64,000 nt of DNA from Vicugna vicugna. Lineage: Eukaryota. The translations under genes were made by a program, and so were the position numbers. The DNA is taken from assembly GCA_013265495.1 (NCBI GenBank), contig MU058636.1, forward strand, positions 5,057,741 to 5,121,740. The letters are read 5' to 3'. The number at the start of each line of letters is the position of its first letter. The stretch's first letter is position 1. The notes beneath the pieces are model-generated. The model was not told the origin of the DNA and did no database searches. It saw only the letters and a program-made list of their open reading frames with translations. Below, piece after piece: positions 13,961-27,639 of the stretch.

Positions 13961-14928
13961 TTTAAAAGCAATATTGTATCTCAGAAGCCTTACCATGCAT
14001 TTGAGTAGAAAGTAAATCTGGAGGGATAGAAACTCAATAATATGAATCATAAAATTATTTAATAATTGCTTAGGTGTTTTAGAATTTGACTGCAGTTCTT
14101 TAAAAATTCACTATGTACTGCTATGTGCTGTGCATTGTTTTGGGTTCTATAAATACAAAGATGAATCATGGCTACAACCCTCAAGAAGATAATAACCTCT
14201 TAGGAGAACAGAAAATATAAATAAGTACTAATAATACAGTGCAATACAGAAAGTAATTGAACTATTTACAAGATAGTAGAAGTAGTTCTGAGGAATAATT
14301 TGTACTTTAAAAGGCCACTGAAAGTGAATTTATTTAAGATGCAGATGAAAATTGATTTCTTAGTAGTGAATGAAAGCTTTGATTAGGGGGAAAATATTTT
14401 GTAGTATTAGACATCTTATTCATGTTGAACCAGTTATTGGCTATAACTATAAACATGAAAAAGTATCAAGTGTTTGCTTTTTTAAGAGTGTATTTTTCCT
14501 GATAAAAATTTTATCACTCTGTCCTTTACTTCACATTTTTTAACCTAGTTGAAAGGGTAAATCTTTGCAAAAAAACTATAAATGAAATAAACATTAGGAG
14601 ACTTCCTCAGTTCCCAGGAGAAAGCTTTTAAATCTCTATTCAGATGAGTCTCTTCTAATGTTCCCGTTGTGTCGTTATTCTTGTCAGTTTTCTCGTCTTT
14701 TGCTGTTAATTTTGTCAGTTGCCTTGCATATAATTTAACAGTTCTCTGACATCACTTTGATGACTTTTTGAAATCCTGCTACTTGTGCCATGATTCACAA
14801 TTGACTTTGTACTTAATTTGCATTGTATTACTGGATCCTCATTGATTAGTGAAAGAATGACAAAAACATGGTGTTGGTTGCAAATGCATCTAAGTGGGGG
14901 GGGTGTTGGAGTGGTGGTTAATGTTTTT

Positions 14929-15149
14929 GTTTATTTTTTTGAAGTATAGTTGATTTACAATATTGCATTAGTTTCAGGTGAAAAGCATAGTGATTCGGTT
15001 TGGTTTGGTTTGGTTTTGCAGATTATATTCCACTATAGATATTGGTTATAATTCCCTGTGCTATATAGTAAATCCTTGTTGCTTGTCTATTTATGTATAG
15101 TAGTTTGTATCTGTTAATCCCATACTCCTGCTTGTCCCTCTCCTCTTGT
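14929..15149 (-). mobile_element. L1 3'-end fragment with TSD
   Basis: gaagtatagttgatttacaatattg..ccctgtgctatatagta; TSD ttaatgtttt at 14918 and 15150. Confidence 0.8.
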
Positions 15150-16039
15150 TTAATGTTTTAATGAATGATCTGTTCATTTGTGAATATATATGTGATATGT
15201 TTACTTTTACTTATACAGTTTATAATTGGATATTTTCATAATAAATAATAGGATAATGAAGATCCCTCTCCGCCATAAGGGTGATACTGAAGAAGGAGTG
15301 AGATAACTTTATTTTGTTGAGTATGAGGGTAGATAATAGACAATGTGTCTATGAAAGCTAGACTACTTCTTTTTAAAGTGGATATTTGATATTATAATAA
15401 ACTGAGTTTAAATTAAATGATACAGAAAATAAGGATTTAAAGATAAGGGCAAGATGTTATGACCTGGGTTTTGAAGAAAAACAAGTGACATTGTAGATTG
15501 AAGAAATAGTGCACATTAAGTTGCAATAATATGAAAAATACTACACCTTGTGTTCATTGGTGGAGTGTAAAGTGTAATTATGGAGGTCTTTGTATTTCAT
15601 AGAAGGTCTGTATGTGTCTCATGTGTGGCTCAAAAGTCATATTTAGCTTTTCCCTGTAGTTTAGAAAAAATTCTGAGAATCTGTTTACCAGACATTGCAC
15701 TAGGTTTAGTGGCACAAAGATAAATAAAGACACAGTTCTTGTCTTCAGGAAATAAGCAGGGATGGGTAAGGCACATAAGCCAGTCATTTTAATCCTGTGT
15801 ACAAAAACATGCTATGCTGGAGATCTGCACAGATCGCCAAGAGAGCACAGTGGTGGGTGCAGGGTGAAGATTAGGCAGTGATTCTGGAAGACAGAGGAGC
15901 TGTCATTAAAGACAAGGAGGAGTTAGCTAGGAGAGTGGAGGCAGGTGATTTAAGACAGCGAGTTTAGTGTGAAGAAAGCAGGGACAGTGGTAATGAACAG
16001 ATTGGTTCATTGCTAATTACTAAAAGTAATGTGTTTCTG

Positions 16040-16120
16040 AACTTGAGTAGTAACTCTTGCCTTCAGAGTTGTGCATTTTAATCTGAATAGTTTTTAAATG
16101 ATGAAACTAAAATATGTAAC
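16040..16120 (+). repeat. 81-bp direct repeat, copy 1
   Basis: 78/81 identical to 17002-17082 by manual alignment. Confidence 0.95.
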
Positions 16121-16469
16121 TTGGACAATTTTATCTTGCTCAGTAAATGAAAAAGTTAAATATGAGATAGTGTTCCAGCTTTTTTCTCATCTCTTATTTG
16201 TTAGGATAAATTTACATTTACCAGTTTTACTTGTTTTAAGAGTACCTTCAATATTTTCTAACACATGTAGTTACTAGGGTCCAGGTGATCACTCCAGTCT
16301 TGAAATTAGCTTGTCACAACATCTCAGTCTTATGAGCAGAAGCAGTGGTTGTGTGTAAATTTGCTGTGTTTACCCTTCTGGTTACTTGATTTGGCAAATT
16401 CATATCTGAAGTTGTTACTTAGTCTTTGGTGCCACGTGGATAATATGTGGAATAATTATGTCTCCACAG

Positions 16470-16674
16470 GATGAATGCTATCAAGTAAGACAAGTTTTTG
16501 CTCAGAAGCTTCACAAAGGCCTTTCTCGATTACGGCTTCCACTTGAGTATATGGCAATCTGTGCACTTTGTGCAAAAGATCCCGTAAAAGAAAGAAGAGC
16601 CCATGCCAGGCAGTGTCTGGTAAAAAATATCAATGTGAGACGCGAGTATCTGAAGCAGCATGCAGCTGTTAGTG
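16470..16674 (+). CDS. PDS5B: PDS5B coding exon ([21 protein letters not shown]...[10 protein letters not shown])
   Basis: ccacag| acceptor, |gtaagc donor, 205 nt; ORF 16458..16688. Confidence 0.98.
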
Positions 16675-17001
16675 GTAAGCGTTTATGAAAATGAGAAGTG
16701 TACTTTTCCATCCTGCCAGTTTCAGTTTTATAGAATACAACATGATGTTACTGTTTATTTATTATATTCTAATTGGCCCTCATTAAATAAGAAGTTATTA
16801 CTACTATTCAATAACAGCTTTTCCCCTTAAAAAGTCATTTTAAAAATACAAATTCAAGAGTATTTAAATATCAACCCTTATATCTTTATGTAACTGACTA
16901 AAAGGCCAAGGGAAATAAGCAGTGACGTTGGAGGTACTTTTAATGAAACAGTAAAATTTACATTTATATAGATTGCCTAAATACTATCTTTAAGTTTAAA
17001 A

Positions 17002-17082
17002 AACTTAAGTAGTAACTCTTGCCTTCAGAGTTGTGCATTTTAATCTGAATAGCTTTTAAATGATAAAACTAAAATATGTAAC
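17002..17082 (+). repeat. 81-bp direct repeat, copy 2
   Basis: 78/81 identical to 16040-16120. Confidence 0.95.
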
Positions 17083-17839
17083 AGGTCTTCAGTCTTTTTT
17101 GGTTATCCTCACCTGTAACTGACATTAATATCAGGTGCTTGTGTGCCTTTTTAAACTCTGCTCACTTTACACCACCCACGCTGTTAACTTTTGTGCCTCT
17201 CCAACTTTTATGACTTGTTTACAGCATTAGAATCCACTCAGTTATGCAAGTCAGAAATCAGAGGCATTCTTCATGCCTTCTTTCTTCCTTTCATCTGTCA
17301 CTAAATCCTCTTAATTGTTCTAGTAGGTATCTTCAGTGTTTCTCAATTCTCCTAACCCTGCTATATTTTACTTGTATTATCGTATACACTCCTGACTAGC
17401 TCCCTGTTTATAAATGTTTCCCTGCCTCTGACCCACCTCCAGCTGTGCCACACCGCTATCAAAATTATCTTTCTAAAACAGATCACATCACTTCCTTGCT
17501 TGAAATACGTGTTGGTACTTTATTGCTCATAGGATCAACTTGAAACTCATTAGCATGGCCTCTTATAGTTTACTCTCAGCCTGAGTTCTAAGCTTTCTCT
17601 CTAGCCACTCCCTACTATAAATTCTGTGTTCCTTGTACTCTGTATTATTTGAAATTTGTGCAGCCATCTTTTTCCTCTGTTGTCAGCTGTATCTGGAAAG
17701 TGCCTCCCCCTTCTGGCCAAACAAATAGACAAACAACAAAACCAGGGAGCATGATTTGCCCTTTTTCAATCCTTTAAAATAATTTTGGTGTCTCACCATT
17801 GGGACCCTGTTTCTCTGACTTCCTTCCTCACCTTGGGAA

Positions 17840-18040
17840 AAATGAGGGCTCTGGAGTCAAATCCCACCTCTGCTGTTTACTGGTTGCGTTATTTTCGCAG
17901 TCTGAGCCTTCGTTTCCTTATTTGTAAGATTTTATAATTTTACTCATTTCTTATGGTTGTTATGAGGATTAAAAAGTTATGTATATAAAGCACCTGGCAT
18001 AATGCATGTTCTAAAGAAGTACTCAGTAGTTGCCAGCTAT
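17840..18040 (+). mobile_element. MIR SINE
   Basis: ggctctggagtcaaatccc..tctgagccttcgtttccttatttgtaa..ggttgttatgaggattaa. Confidence 0.75.
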
Positions 18041-18302
18041 TTTTATTTTAGGGCACTGTCCACTTCACTAAGTACTCAATAAGTATAGCTGCTGTCCTAT
18101 CTGTGTTTGTGTGTGAGGTCTTTATCTAGTCATATTCATCTTTGTATTTAAAATAGTAAGCCCCAGTGAAAATAGTAGGCATGGAAAATAGTAAACACTC
18201 AGTAGATACTCGATAGACTTTAATTTGAATTTCACTGAATTTTGAACCCTGTTTCTTTTTTCCTTCTATACCTACCTTGAATGAATGATATTACACACAA
18301 AC

Positions 18303-18507
18303 TATTCTCTTTGAGTTCAGTAACAGAAATAAAGAAAACTTGATGCCTTATAGACACACATGTATAATACATATTTTATATATATATATTATTATGCTCT
18401 AGGTTTTATTCTCCTTGAGTTCAGCAATAGAAATAAAACGTGATGCCTTATTGACACACATATATATATATAAAATGTATATTATATATATTATTATGCT
18501 CTAGGTT
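18303..18507 (+). repeat. Tandem duplication, 2 x ~104 bp with internal (TA)n
   Basis: tattctc.ttgagttcag..tgatgcctta..gacacaca..attattatgctctaggtt repeated at 18303 and 18407. Confidence 0.9.
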
Positions 18508-19207
18508 GAACATCTGATTTTAAGTTTTGAGGGTAGGAAATATAAAAGGAATTGTTCAGAATATGAATCCTGGTCTTTTGAGTAATCTTTATTAAAACTG
18601 GTTAGGATTACCATTTCTACCTCTAATGGACATGCTGATATCAATCAAAATATAAAAATATTTGAATTTAAAGTAAAAAGATGTTTCCTTGTTATTTAAA
18701 ATGTCCTAGAATCAAAGTCTATTCCTTTATATCTGTTCTTCTGTTACAAATGGTATCAAATAGTATCAAGCTGTTCCACACTAAATTTTGGTACCACACT
18801 AAATTAAAGATTTACCAGTTTTTTCATTTTGCTCAGCAGCTTACCAAGGAGTGTTGAACATAGAGTTGCTAATACTAACAAGAAAAACAGATCTTATGTT
18901 TCTTAATCTTGAATATAGTTTGGGTCACTTTCCCCCATATCCATTGAAAATTAAAATTTTGTCTTTGTAGCCTCAGTACATGGTGCGTTTAGTAGACATT
19001 TCAATATTGAACATGATGGATGAATGAATAAACTGTTTGATTTATGGTGTACCTGCACACTAGACATTTCAATGTATTTTTCTTCTAGCCATATTGTAGT
19101 AAATTGTTGGGATGTAGTATTAGAGAGAAAGAGAATGAGTAAGATTTGGTTTTCTAACCTGGATATTTTTGTTTTGTTTCTTCTTTTTTTTTTTTTATCT
19201 TTTTCAG

Positions 19208-19322
19208 AAAAATTACTGTCTCTTCTACCCGAGTATGTTGTTCCATATACAATTCACCTTTTGGCACATGACCCAGATTATGTCAAAGTACAGGATATTG
19301 AACAACTTAAAGATGTTAAAGA
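19208..19322 (+). CDS. PDS5B: PDS5B coding exon ([39 protein letters not shown])
   Basis: long poly-T tract + cag| acceptor, |gtaaga donor, 115 nt. Confidence 0.98.
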
Positions 19323-21117
19323 GTAAGACTTTTTCCATCCCATTTTCATACTTTTCTGAAAGTTTTTCCCCTTTCCTGCTGATAATGAAATCTCAATTAT
19401 AATTAGTTTATTAAATTTATTTCATTTCTTAGGAGTTTAAGGGTTTTTACCTTATTTGTTCTCTTATTTTTCTTTTTTCATACCATCTCTTCATATTTCA
19501 TTTCTTAACATAGTTTCCCAAAACAACTTAACATAATTACTTTCCAGTTTTTCTACCAGTCTGTCATTTCTTTTCTATTGAAACAATACATTAAATGTTT
19601 TCATTCCAGTTCTTATCTTTTCCTACTTTTGTCTGAAACACTGTATAGATTTTCATGTGGGGTGAACTAATACTTTCTTTTATTCACATGGTAAGCACAT
19701 TTTCTTTGCAGTTACTTTCTTCCTCCATAAGGAAGAGAGGATGGTCTAATTTATAATGGGCCAAGCTGATAACCAGGAAACTGCTCCCACTTACTACTTC
19801 ATTGATGATTCTCTAATTAAAGTTTGTGACAGTCAAAATTTATTCAAAGATTCTTGTTGAGAGGCTGAAAGAGACTATATATGCCTGGGTGTGTAGCAGG
19901 GGAATATAACAGTATTTAGAGAAGTCTTCATAATACCAGCAGAGTTCTTTAAATAAGATTTATCTAAAATTTAACAGTGAAAAAGCCCTGTTTATGTTAT
20001 AATAAAGGATGACCTTTGTGGTTTTCAATAAATTAACTTACTATGTCTTTAACTTCCTATTAAAGGAAAATAGCTCTTGGTTTCTTAATTCATAGAAATA
20101 TTTTATAGTTAAATATTTGAGATGCTTCAAGAGAATAAAATTAAATTACTGATAACTTTCTCATGGCAAGAGAAAAAGCTTTTACCATCTTTTTTGCCCA
20201 CAGTTTCCATTAAAAAAAATAATAATAAGCAGTTAGTTCCCCCCAAATGAATTCTGTGTTAGAGTGATTATAACTAATGAAAACTTTTAGCCATCCTTCT
20301 TTCTCAGAGAGTTTTGACTTTTGAAATGGAAAAAATATTCTTCAGAATTGACAAAACATTTTTGGCTGTATTTATAAATTGCCCTAGTAGAGCCATGAGT
20401 GATCTTCATTTTGAGAGCCATTCTGGAAGAACTTACCCTATGTCTGAGATCTCAGAGGTTACTTTTTCTCTCTTCTAGAATGATACCTTGTTTCACATTT
20501 CTCCCTTCTTCTCCCATTTTTCTTCTCTGTGCTTTTTCTCTGTCCCATTCTGTCTGCATAGTACACAGAGACAAAGAACTTTCATTTTTTTTGTAATTAA
20601 CTTTAAAATTGAGGTACTGGAGCTTTCTTTTTATTTTTCTCTCTTTAAGCAAAAACGGTATATGTAGTTGTCAGCCATGACTTTCCCCTCTAATTTATTG
20701 ATGAAGATTCATAATTATTGAGTGTAAGGTAGTTAGATTTCTTTGCCAGTCAGGACTACAATCAGTCCTGAGTATTTGAGGCTTCACTTTATCTATGGCC
20801 CATTTATTCTTTAGCCAGTCTCCCTCCCTGTTATAGCCAGGGGTTACAATCACTTCATTCTTAACACCATTTCTGTTCTTTTTTAACCCGCCTCCCTAGG
20901 AAAATTAGTGAGACTTTGAGAAGGTGTCTTGTGAACTCACACCTGCATTGCTGACATGTTGTAATGTGTGTGTGACATATCTTTTTTTTCTCTGTTGATT
21001 TGTAGGTGTTTCTTTTTCATTTTTTCTGCTTCTGTAGTTTATTGTACTTATGTTTAAAATTATTATATCTGTTTTTAACAATGAAATTTTTCTTCTTTTT
21101 TTCTTGATATTTTTTAG

Positions 21118-21250
21118 GTGTCTTTGGTTCGTTCTGGAAATATTAATGGCAAAGAATGAAAATAACAGCCATGCATTTATCAGAAAGATGGTAGAAAATA
21201 TTAAACAAACAAAAGATGCTCAAGGACCAGATGATGCAAAAATGAATGAA
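21118..21250 (+). CDS. PDS5B: PDS5B coding exon ([44 protein letters not shown])
   Basis: tttttag| acceptor, |gtgtgt donor, 133 nt. Confidence 0.97.
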
Positions 21251-21566
21251 GTGTGTAATTCTTTATAAATAATTGATTCCATGTCGATTTTAAGCATTTA
21301 ACTATAGAGTATCAAACTTCTGTAGACAACATTAGTCTTTCCTTTTAGTAGTAAATAGTATTTTTATTAATAGTAATTAGACTTACTAATATAGAATTAG
21401 TAATAATACTGTTACTAATAAACTAATGAAAATAATAGTCATTGTAGCATTTTAACTTACACTGTTGTCCTGAAAACTCCATATTAAATGCATGTTGTAG
21501 AATTACTCCTAATTCACAGAATCTAGGATGCCATTAAGTATCTAATTTTTTTAAATACCATTGCAG

Positions 21567-21686
21567 AAACTGTATACTGTGTGTGATGTTGCCATGAATA
21601 TCATCATGTCAAAAAGCACCACATACAGTTTGGAATCTCCTAAAGACCCAGTACTACCTGCTCGTTTTTTCACCCAACCTGACAAG
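21567..21686 (+). CDS. PDS5B: PDS5B coding exon ([40 protein letters not shown])
   Basis: ttgcag| acceptor, |gtagtt donor, 120 nt, phase 0/0. Confidence 0.97.
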
Positions 21687-22654
21687 GTAGTTGTTTTAGA
21701 ATTTGTTTGTGTAAGTTGAAATAAGATGTATTCTTGGCACTAGGTTGTGGGAAGGTCAGGAAGGATCATTGTCAAGAGCTGGCCCACTACTAATGTCATG
21801 GAAAGATCGCCATGAGTGTTAATAATGTGGTTCAAGAGAAGAATATGGGCCAAACTGTAGGACACAAGTAAGGTTCAGAGATGAATTAGGATGATCTATA
21901 GTGTTTGAATCCAGCATTTTATGCCAGTTTAGGAACACAGGCAAAAATGTGATCAAAGCTTGTAGATGTATGAGTTAATGGCCACTGATCCAGAATGGGA
22001 AGGAGAATGCTGGGAGTCTTAAGTTATAATCCCTTGATTGAGATTTGTAACTGGTATGAGGAAACAAGCAGAGAACTGACACTGGAATAGGCCCAAGATC
22101 TTGGGAACATTACAGGAATGTTCCCAAACCACTCGTGAAACTCATGTTTGGTATGATACAAAAAGAGATATTTTTTAGAATCTCTTAGAGGTTCATAGTG
22201 CATTTAAGCTTAGTAAGTTAGCTGAGAGTAAGGGAACCACCACTACTTTTTTTTTCTTTCCAAATAGCAAAATACCAGTTAAGGTCCTACCAGTATCTAG
22301 AGATAAGAACTCAGACCTGTAGATTCACCCAATAGCTAGCTAAAAGGGACTGTCTGCTTTTAAGCATTCACCTTGGTATTTTTAAGATAAGGGGACTGTG
22401 TGTGGCCTCTTCCCTGGAGAGTATTATTACGTAAGCCTGTACTTGCTGGTGTGCTCTTAGCACTCTAGCATGTTAGAGCTCAAATATGTTGTGTTAATAC
22501 TGGAGTTAGTACGAGGTTAGTTTAAGTTTATTAAAGCATTTTAAATCAGTGACTGAAATTTTGAGTTTCAACTGATTATTTAGTTTAAATAAATATGTAT
22601 CATAGATACAGTGTTTCAATTTTCACTGACTGTGTCCTTCTACTTTGCTTGTAG

Positions 22655-22717
22655 AACTTCAGTAACACCAAAAATTATCTGCCTCCAGAAATGAAATCAT
22701 TTTTCACTCCTGGAAAA
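22655..22717 (+). CDS. PDS5B: PDS5B coding exon (NFSNTKNYLPPEMKSFFTPGK)
   Basis: cttgtag| acceptor, |gtatgt donor, 63 nt. Confidence 0.96.
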
Positions 22718-23293
22718 GTATGTTTTGAAATTGTTTTAATTTTTATGTAGTAGTTTATTTTAGTGTGATTATTGGCATAACTGTGTTATTTTGTATTTCT
22801 TTAAAAATTGATGTATCAAAAGAAAGTATAAGTATTAGGTATCTTCCATTTACTAGTAAGAAATAGTCATATTTACTGTCTAGATGCAATCTGCAATACA
22901 GAACTTATTTTTTACCTTCTGATAAAGCCCTGGAGATGTTGATCCTTAAATATCTATCCTTTATATTAAGATAAAAATATTAAACTAAAAAGACATTTTC
23001 TTAGTTCCTTCTGTAGCAAGAGCCTAATTATCTATTTTCATTGTTGACTATGCATTTAAGTTGTGTCACTTTCTGTGTAAGTCTTTGCCTCCAACTAACT
23101 AAGAAACTTAAATTTATGCTTGCTACATATTTGTTCAAGTGATACTCAGTTTATTATAATCCTTGCTTTGCTCAAGGATAGGCACTTTTTCGTGATTTGT
23201 ACATTTAAACACTTTGGCAGATGTTATTTATGGTTCTTTACATCTATTTTCTTTTGGCTGTAATCAAATAGAGATTTGCGTTTTTCATTTCAG

Positions 23294-23439
23294 CCTAAAA
23301 CAACCAATGTTCTAGGAGCTGTTAATAAGCCGCTTTCATCAGCAGGCAAACAATCGCAGACAAAATCATCACGAATGGAAACTGTAAGCAATGCAAGCAG
23401 CAGTTCAAATCCAAGCTCTCCTGGGAGAATAAAAGGGAG
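23294..23439 (+). CDS. PDS5B: PDS5B coding exon (PKTTNVLGAVNKPLSSAGKQSQTKSSRMETVSNASSSSNPSSPGRIKG-R)
   Basis: tttcag| acceptor, |gtaagt donor, 146 nt. Confidence 0.97.
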
Positions 23440-25444
23440 GTAAGTATATAAGAAATATCATGCTTTAAATTTAAGAATTCCAAAAAAGCTGTGAGATGTA
23501 AAATAACATAACCCAAAACATTAAATGTCAGTGAATGGAAATCAGTGCATATCTGCACTTTCCCATGTAATACTGGTAGCCGTTTACAAGTTAAACGTAT
23601 TTGCTTGCTCATTTCCGATAGGTACTCCATCTTAGCCTTTCATATTTTAGGTCATTGGGGTAATCTGTGTTGTAGACATACAAGCTGGTTTCCAACCTCA
23701 ATGTCTAGTGATTATAATCCTTTAAATTATGATCCATCCATACAATGGAATATAGTCATTAAAAAAGTGATGAGTATGAACTAACACGAAGAGTTTCCAC
23801 ATACATTATAGAATGAAAAAGACAAAGAATAGAACACTGTTAAAGTATTTTTGAGTTTTTAAAAAGGGTTCTTATTTACTTTTGCTTGTATATGTGTGGA
23901 AAGTCTTTGGAAGAACACAGCATCTTAATAGTGTCTGTGGCAATCTAGTGTAGGAAGGAGATGATTTTATAGACTCGTATGGTTTGAATTCCTCTTTGCC
24001 ATGTAGATGTGTATAAAGTTTTTTGTTTAAAAAGTAATTTTTGAATGAACTTATGCTATACAGGAGTGCTTTTTTTTCTCTTTTAAGAAAGAAAAAAGGA
24101 AAATAATTTAAACTTTAACTAGTTTAGCATAGAGCTTAGTATACCATTTGTTAGCAGCAGAGCCTTGTAAAGGGCTTAACTGCCACCATTTATTGATTTT
24201 GCTAAGTTATTATGAAAGATTATGCTGTCTTTTGCATTATGTATAACCAGTCAGTAAAGAAGGGAGGAGATATTCTAAAGTGTCTTATCCCATTTCTCTG
24301 TAATGAATAAATTGTTAAGTGATATATAGTATAAAAGAAATAGAACAAAAATTACACCTATAACTCTTGTTCTAAATTCCTATTTTAATACATATTAGTG
24401 ATTAATAGCTAAATGACACCTTCACATCTGTCATTTGGACATTTTTCTGGTGGATGGCCTCTTACTTAACATGACCAAATACATTTCCAGCAACTCATTT
24501 CCTAAATTATTGTTTTTTCTCCTTGAATACCTGGTTATAATCAAAGATGGTCTAATTTACCCATCTAGGCTAAGAGCCTCAAAATTGTCTTTGATTCTGC
24601 CCTTGTGCTAAGTTTTGCCAATTATTTTCTCTACAATGTTTAATACTTCTCTTTTTGATTATCATCATTTCATTCATTCCCTTTCTTTAACTGTTTTGTA
24701 GTATTTGGCTTTTTCCCTTCGTTATTCCTCTGGCTGCATTACATCACTGCTAGATAATCTTTTTAAAATACTACTCTTTTCAGGTTATTCCATTACTCAG
24801 AAATCTTAATTGGCTTCTCTTGTTTGCTTTCAAGACAGTTATATGGTTTTACCCTATCCTCATCTCCCACTGTTATCCAAAACATGAATTGTCCCTGCTA
24901 TACTTTTTCAGGATACTTTTGGTTAAACTTTCAATCTTTGACTAATCAATTTTGTGCCTGCCCCTCCCCCCCCCGCCCAAATCCCATCAGTTCACCAGGA
25001 CTCTGTCTAAGGGAATGAGCAAGGCATGTTTGAGAGATCAGTTTGGTTGGAGAGAAGGAATGAGAGAATAATGGTTAGGGATACTCTTGAGCGGTAGCCA
25101 GATTCTGTTTGGGCTTTGTGGATAACGTAGGGCATTTGGATTTGATTTTAAGTAAAACTGAAAGATATTGTGGAGTCTAGTGATCTAATGTGTGTTTTTA
25201 AAAGATTGCCCTAAGCTAGAACTGAGGTAGAAAAACCAGTTGGGAGTCAGCTAGTAGTAATCTAGGGAAGGGATGAAAGGGAGGAAGATGGGAAATAGCC
25301 AAATGGTGCTAAATATGATAGAATAAAATTGATAACTTGTGAAAATAAGGTTTCCTCATAAGGTTATAAAGCTATACTAGGGAGCAGGAAAAACTTTTAA
25401 GGTTATGTGATTTTAATAACAATTACAAATATCTGTATTAAAAG

Positions 25445-25550
25445 GCTTGATAGTTCTGAAATGGATCACAGTGAAAATGAAGATTACACAATGTCTTCAC
25501 CTTTGCCAGGAAAAAAAAGTGACAAGAGAGACGACTCTGATCTTGTAAGG
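25445..25550 (+). CDS. PDS5B: PDS5B coding exon (LDSSEMDHSENEDYTMSSPLPGKKSDKRDDSDLVR)
   Basis: weak tattaaaag| acceptor, |gtgaga donor, 106 nt; ORF 25407..25640. Confidence 0.94.
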
Positions 25551-27639
25551 GTGAGATATTTGGTTTGTTTTTTAAATAGTTATAATAATAATAATTTTAC
25601 ATTGAAACCAGTTAACATTACTCTGAAGTTTGACATCTGATTTTACTTTAATGATTTTAATCACAAATTGGCATTTATAATTATCCTCTATTGTGTAATT
25701 GAAGTATATTTGAATCTCTTGAGTTTATTGTCATTCTAATAAGCAGTCTTTATTCTTTAGGTCTTTGGAATCAAAATGTCACTTCCATATTCACAGCTGC
25801 TTGGTTTTTGTGTGTTTTTTTTTTTCCACACAATAAATTTAGACTTAGCCATAGAAAAGGAGAATAGTATGAGGATCCTAAAGTTTCCTCCATTTTAGTT
25901 GATTTCTTGAGCCTATAGTTACTAAATAAGCTTCCAATAAAGGTAGGAAATGCTACAGTTTTCATAAAGCCCTTGTTTAGTTTTTAATCTTAATAGCAAT
26001 GGTAACTTGTATGATAGACATAATTTGTAAATGTCACTTGAAGACAAATTTGACAGTTTTAGTACAGATACAGAATACAGTGAGCATTCTAACACAACCT
26101 GATGGCATTAATAATTGGGCATATTTTGATTTTCTAGGTTAGGTCTAAACATTTCTTAAATAACCCATTAGGCTCCCTGAATCAATTTCTTTGTTTAAAA
26201 TGTGGATGTTTAGCTGGTAAGATTTATCAGAATAAATGTATTAGCCTAAATAAACTGTTGTTGCTGTTGTTTTATTGTTGTTATAAAGGTGAATATTTCT
26301 GATTAAGGATTACCATAATAATAAAAGTTACTGTGTTTTAACCTACTCAGCTAATAGAGGCAAAAGTTATTAGTAATCACTTTTGCTTTCTCCGAAACAT
26401 TACTTGCCCTTATGTTTTCCACCGTTCCAATGTTACATATCCCAAGAAGTATGAATTACTTTCAGTTGATTCCATGTTTCTCCAGTAACTTATTTAAACC
26501 AGATTTTTTTCTTTCCACATAAAAAATTATAATTCTGAAATTCTTACTAAATCCTAACTGTACAATAAATTCTGATTTGTATTGGCTGTTTAAAGATGTT
26601 ACCCAAGCAGCATTAAAAATTGATAACTTAGCCAGAAAGGAATCATGTTACCTAGATTTATAGAAGAGAATCTTTGAATTGAAAAAGGTAATTATGTCTT
26701 CTAGTCCTACTTCTCACTTAGTGCAGAAATTCCTTCATTATCATTTTTGAGAATTGGTCATCATGTACTTAAAAATGCCTTAAGTGGAGAGCTTATAATT
26801 TCTGTCATTTGTTGGAAGCCTCTACTAGGCTACCCACACCCACATACCGCCCCTTCCTTCTCCCCCCCAAAATTAGGAAACATGGTTTTGATTAATTCTT
26901 AATGTTTTGTTATCCTGTACATTTCATAACTAGTGCAACCTTTTAGAGCATTGCAAATAATAAAATCCCTATTTTTTTATAGAACAGTTTTGAATTTCTG
27001 AGCTTTTGAGATTTATTTGTATAATTAATGAAGGCCTTTGGCTGTCTTTTGTGTAACATTACATGCATTTTCAGAAAACCCTTATAAGTAAGCTAGTTTC
27101 AGCTAAAATAATCTTAAAGAGGTGAGCATTGTGAAACAGAATTTCAGTTTAAAGACCAATAGGTTATGGTGAAAGAGTAACACTTCACATAGAAATTTCA
27201 TTGCAGAGGGATTATCCTTCACATATATTTATATTGAAATGTTTAGTTTTACAAATAACATATTTTCCCCATTTCCTGCTCCCAACCTCAGTTTTATACT
27301 TCCTCTGTTCTTAAAACAATACAGTGCAAAATGAAAAATTAGAGAATGTAATGCTTTAGGAAACTGGATTATTTTATGGTATTCTCATGAAAGCAAACAC
27401 TGGATTTCTTGCTTTTCACCAGCCTTTCCAGAGCATAAAGGAATTCAGCTGCTTTTTCTTACCTTTGGACACCAAAATGAATTGTAATGTTTAAAATTGG
27501 AAGGTTTAGTTTTAATTTAATATTTCTCTTCCCATCTCTGAGTAATAACAGTAATTTTTAATTTATGCACAAAACTTTAGATAAATCCTAACAAATTAAA
27601 AACCAGTCATTTATAGGTCTTTTTTTCCCCCTGAGATGG

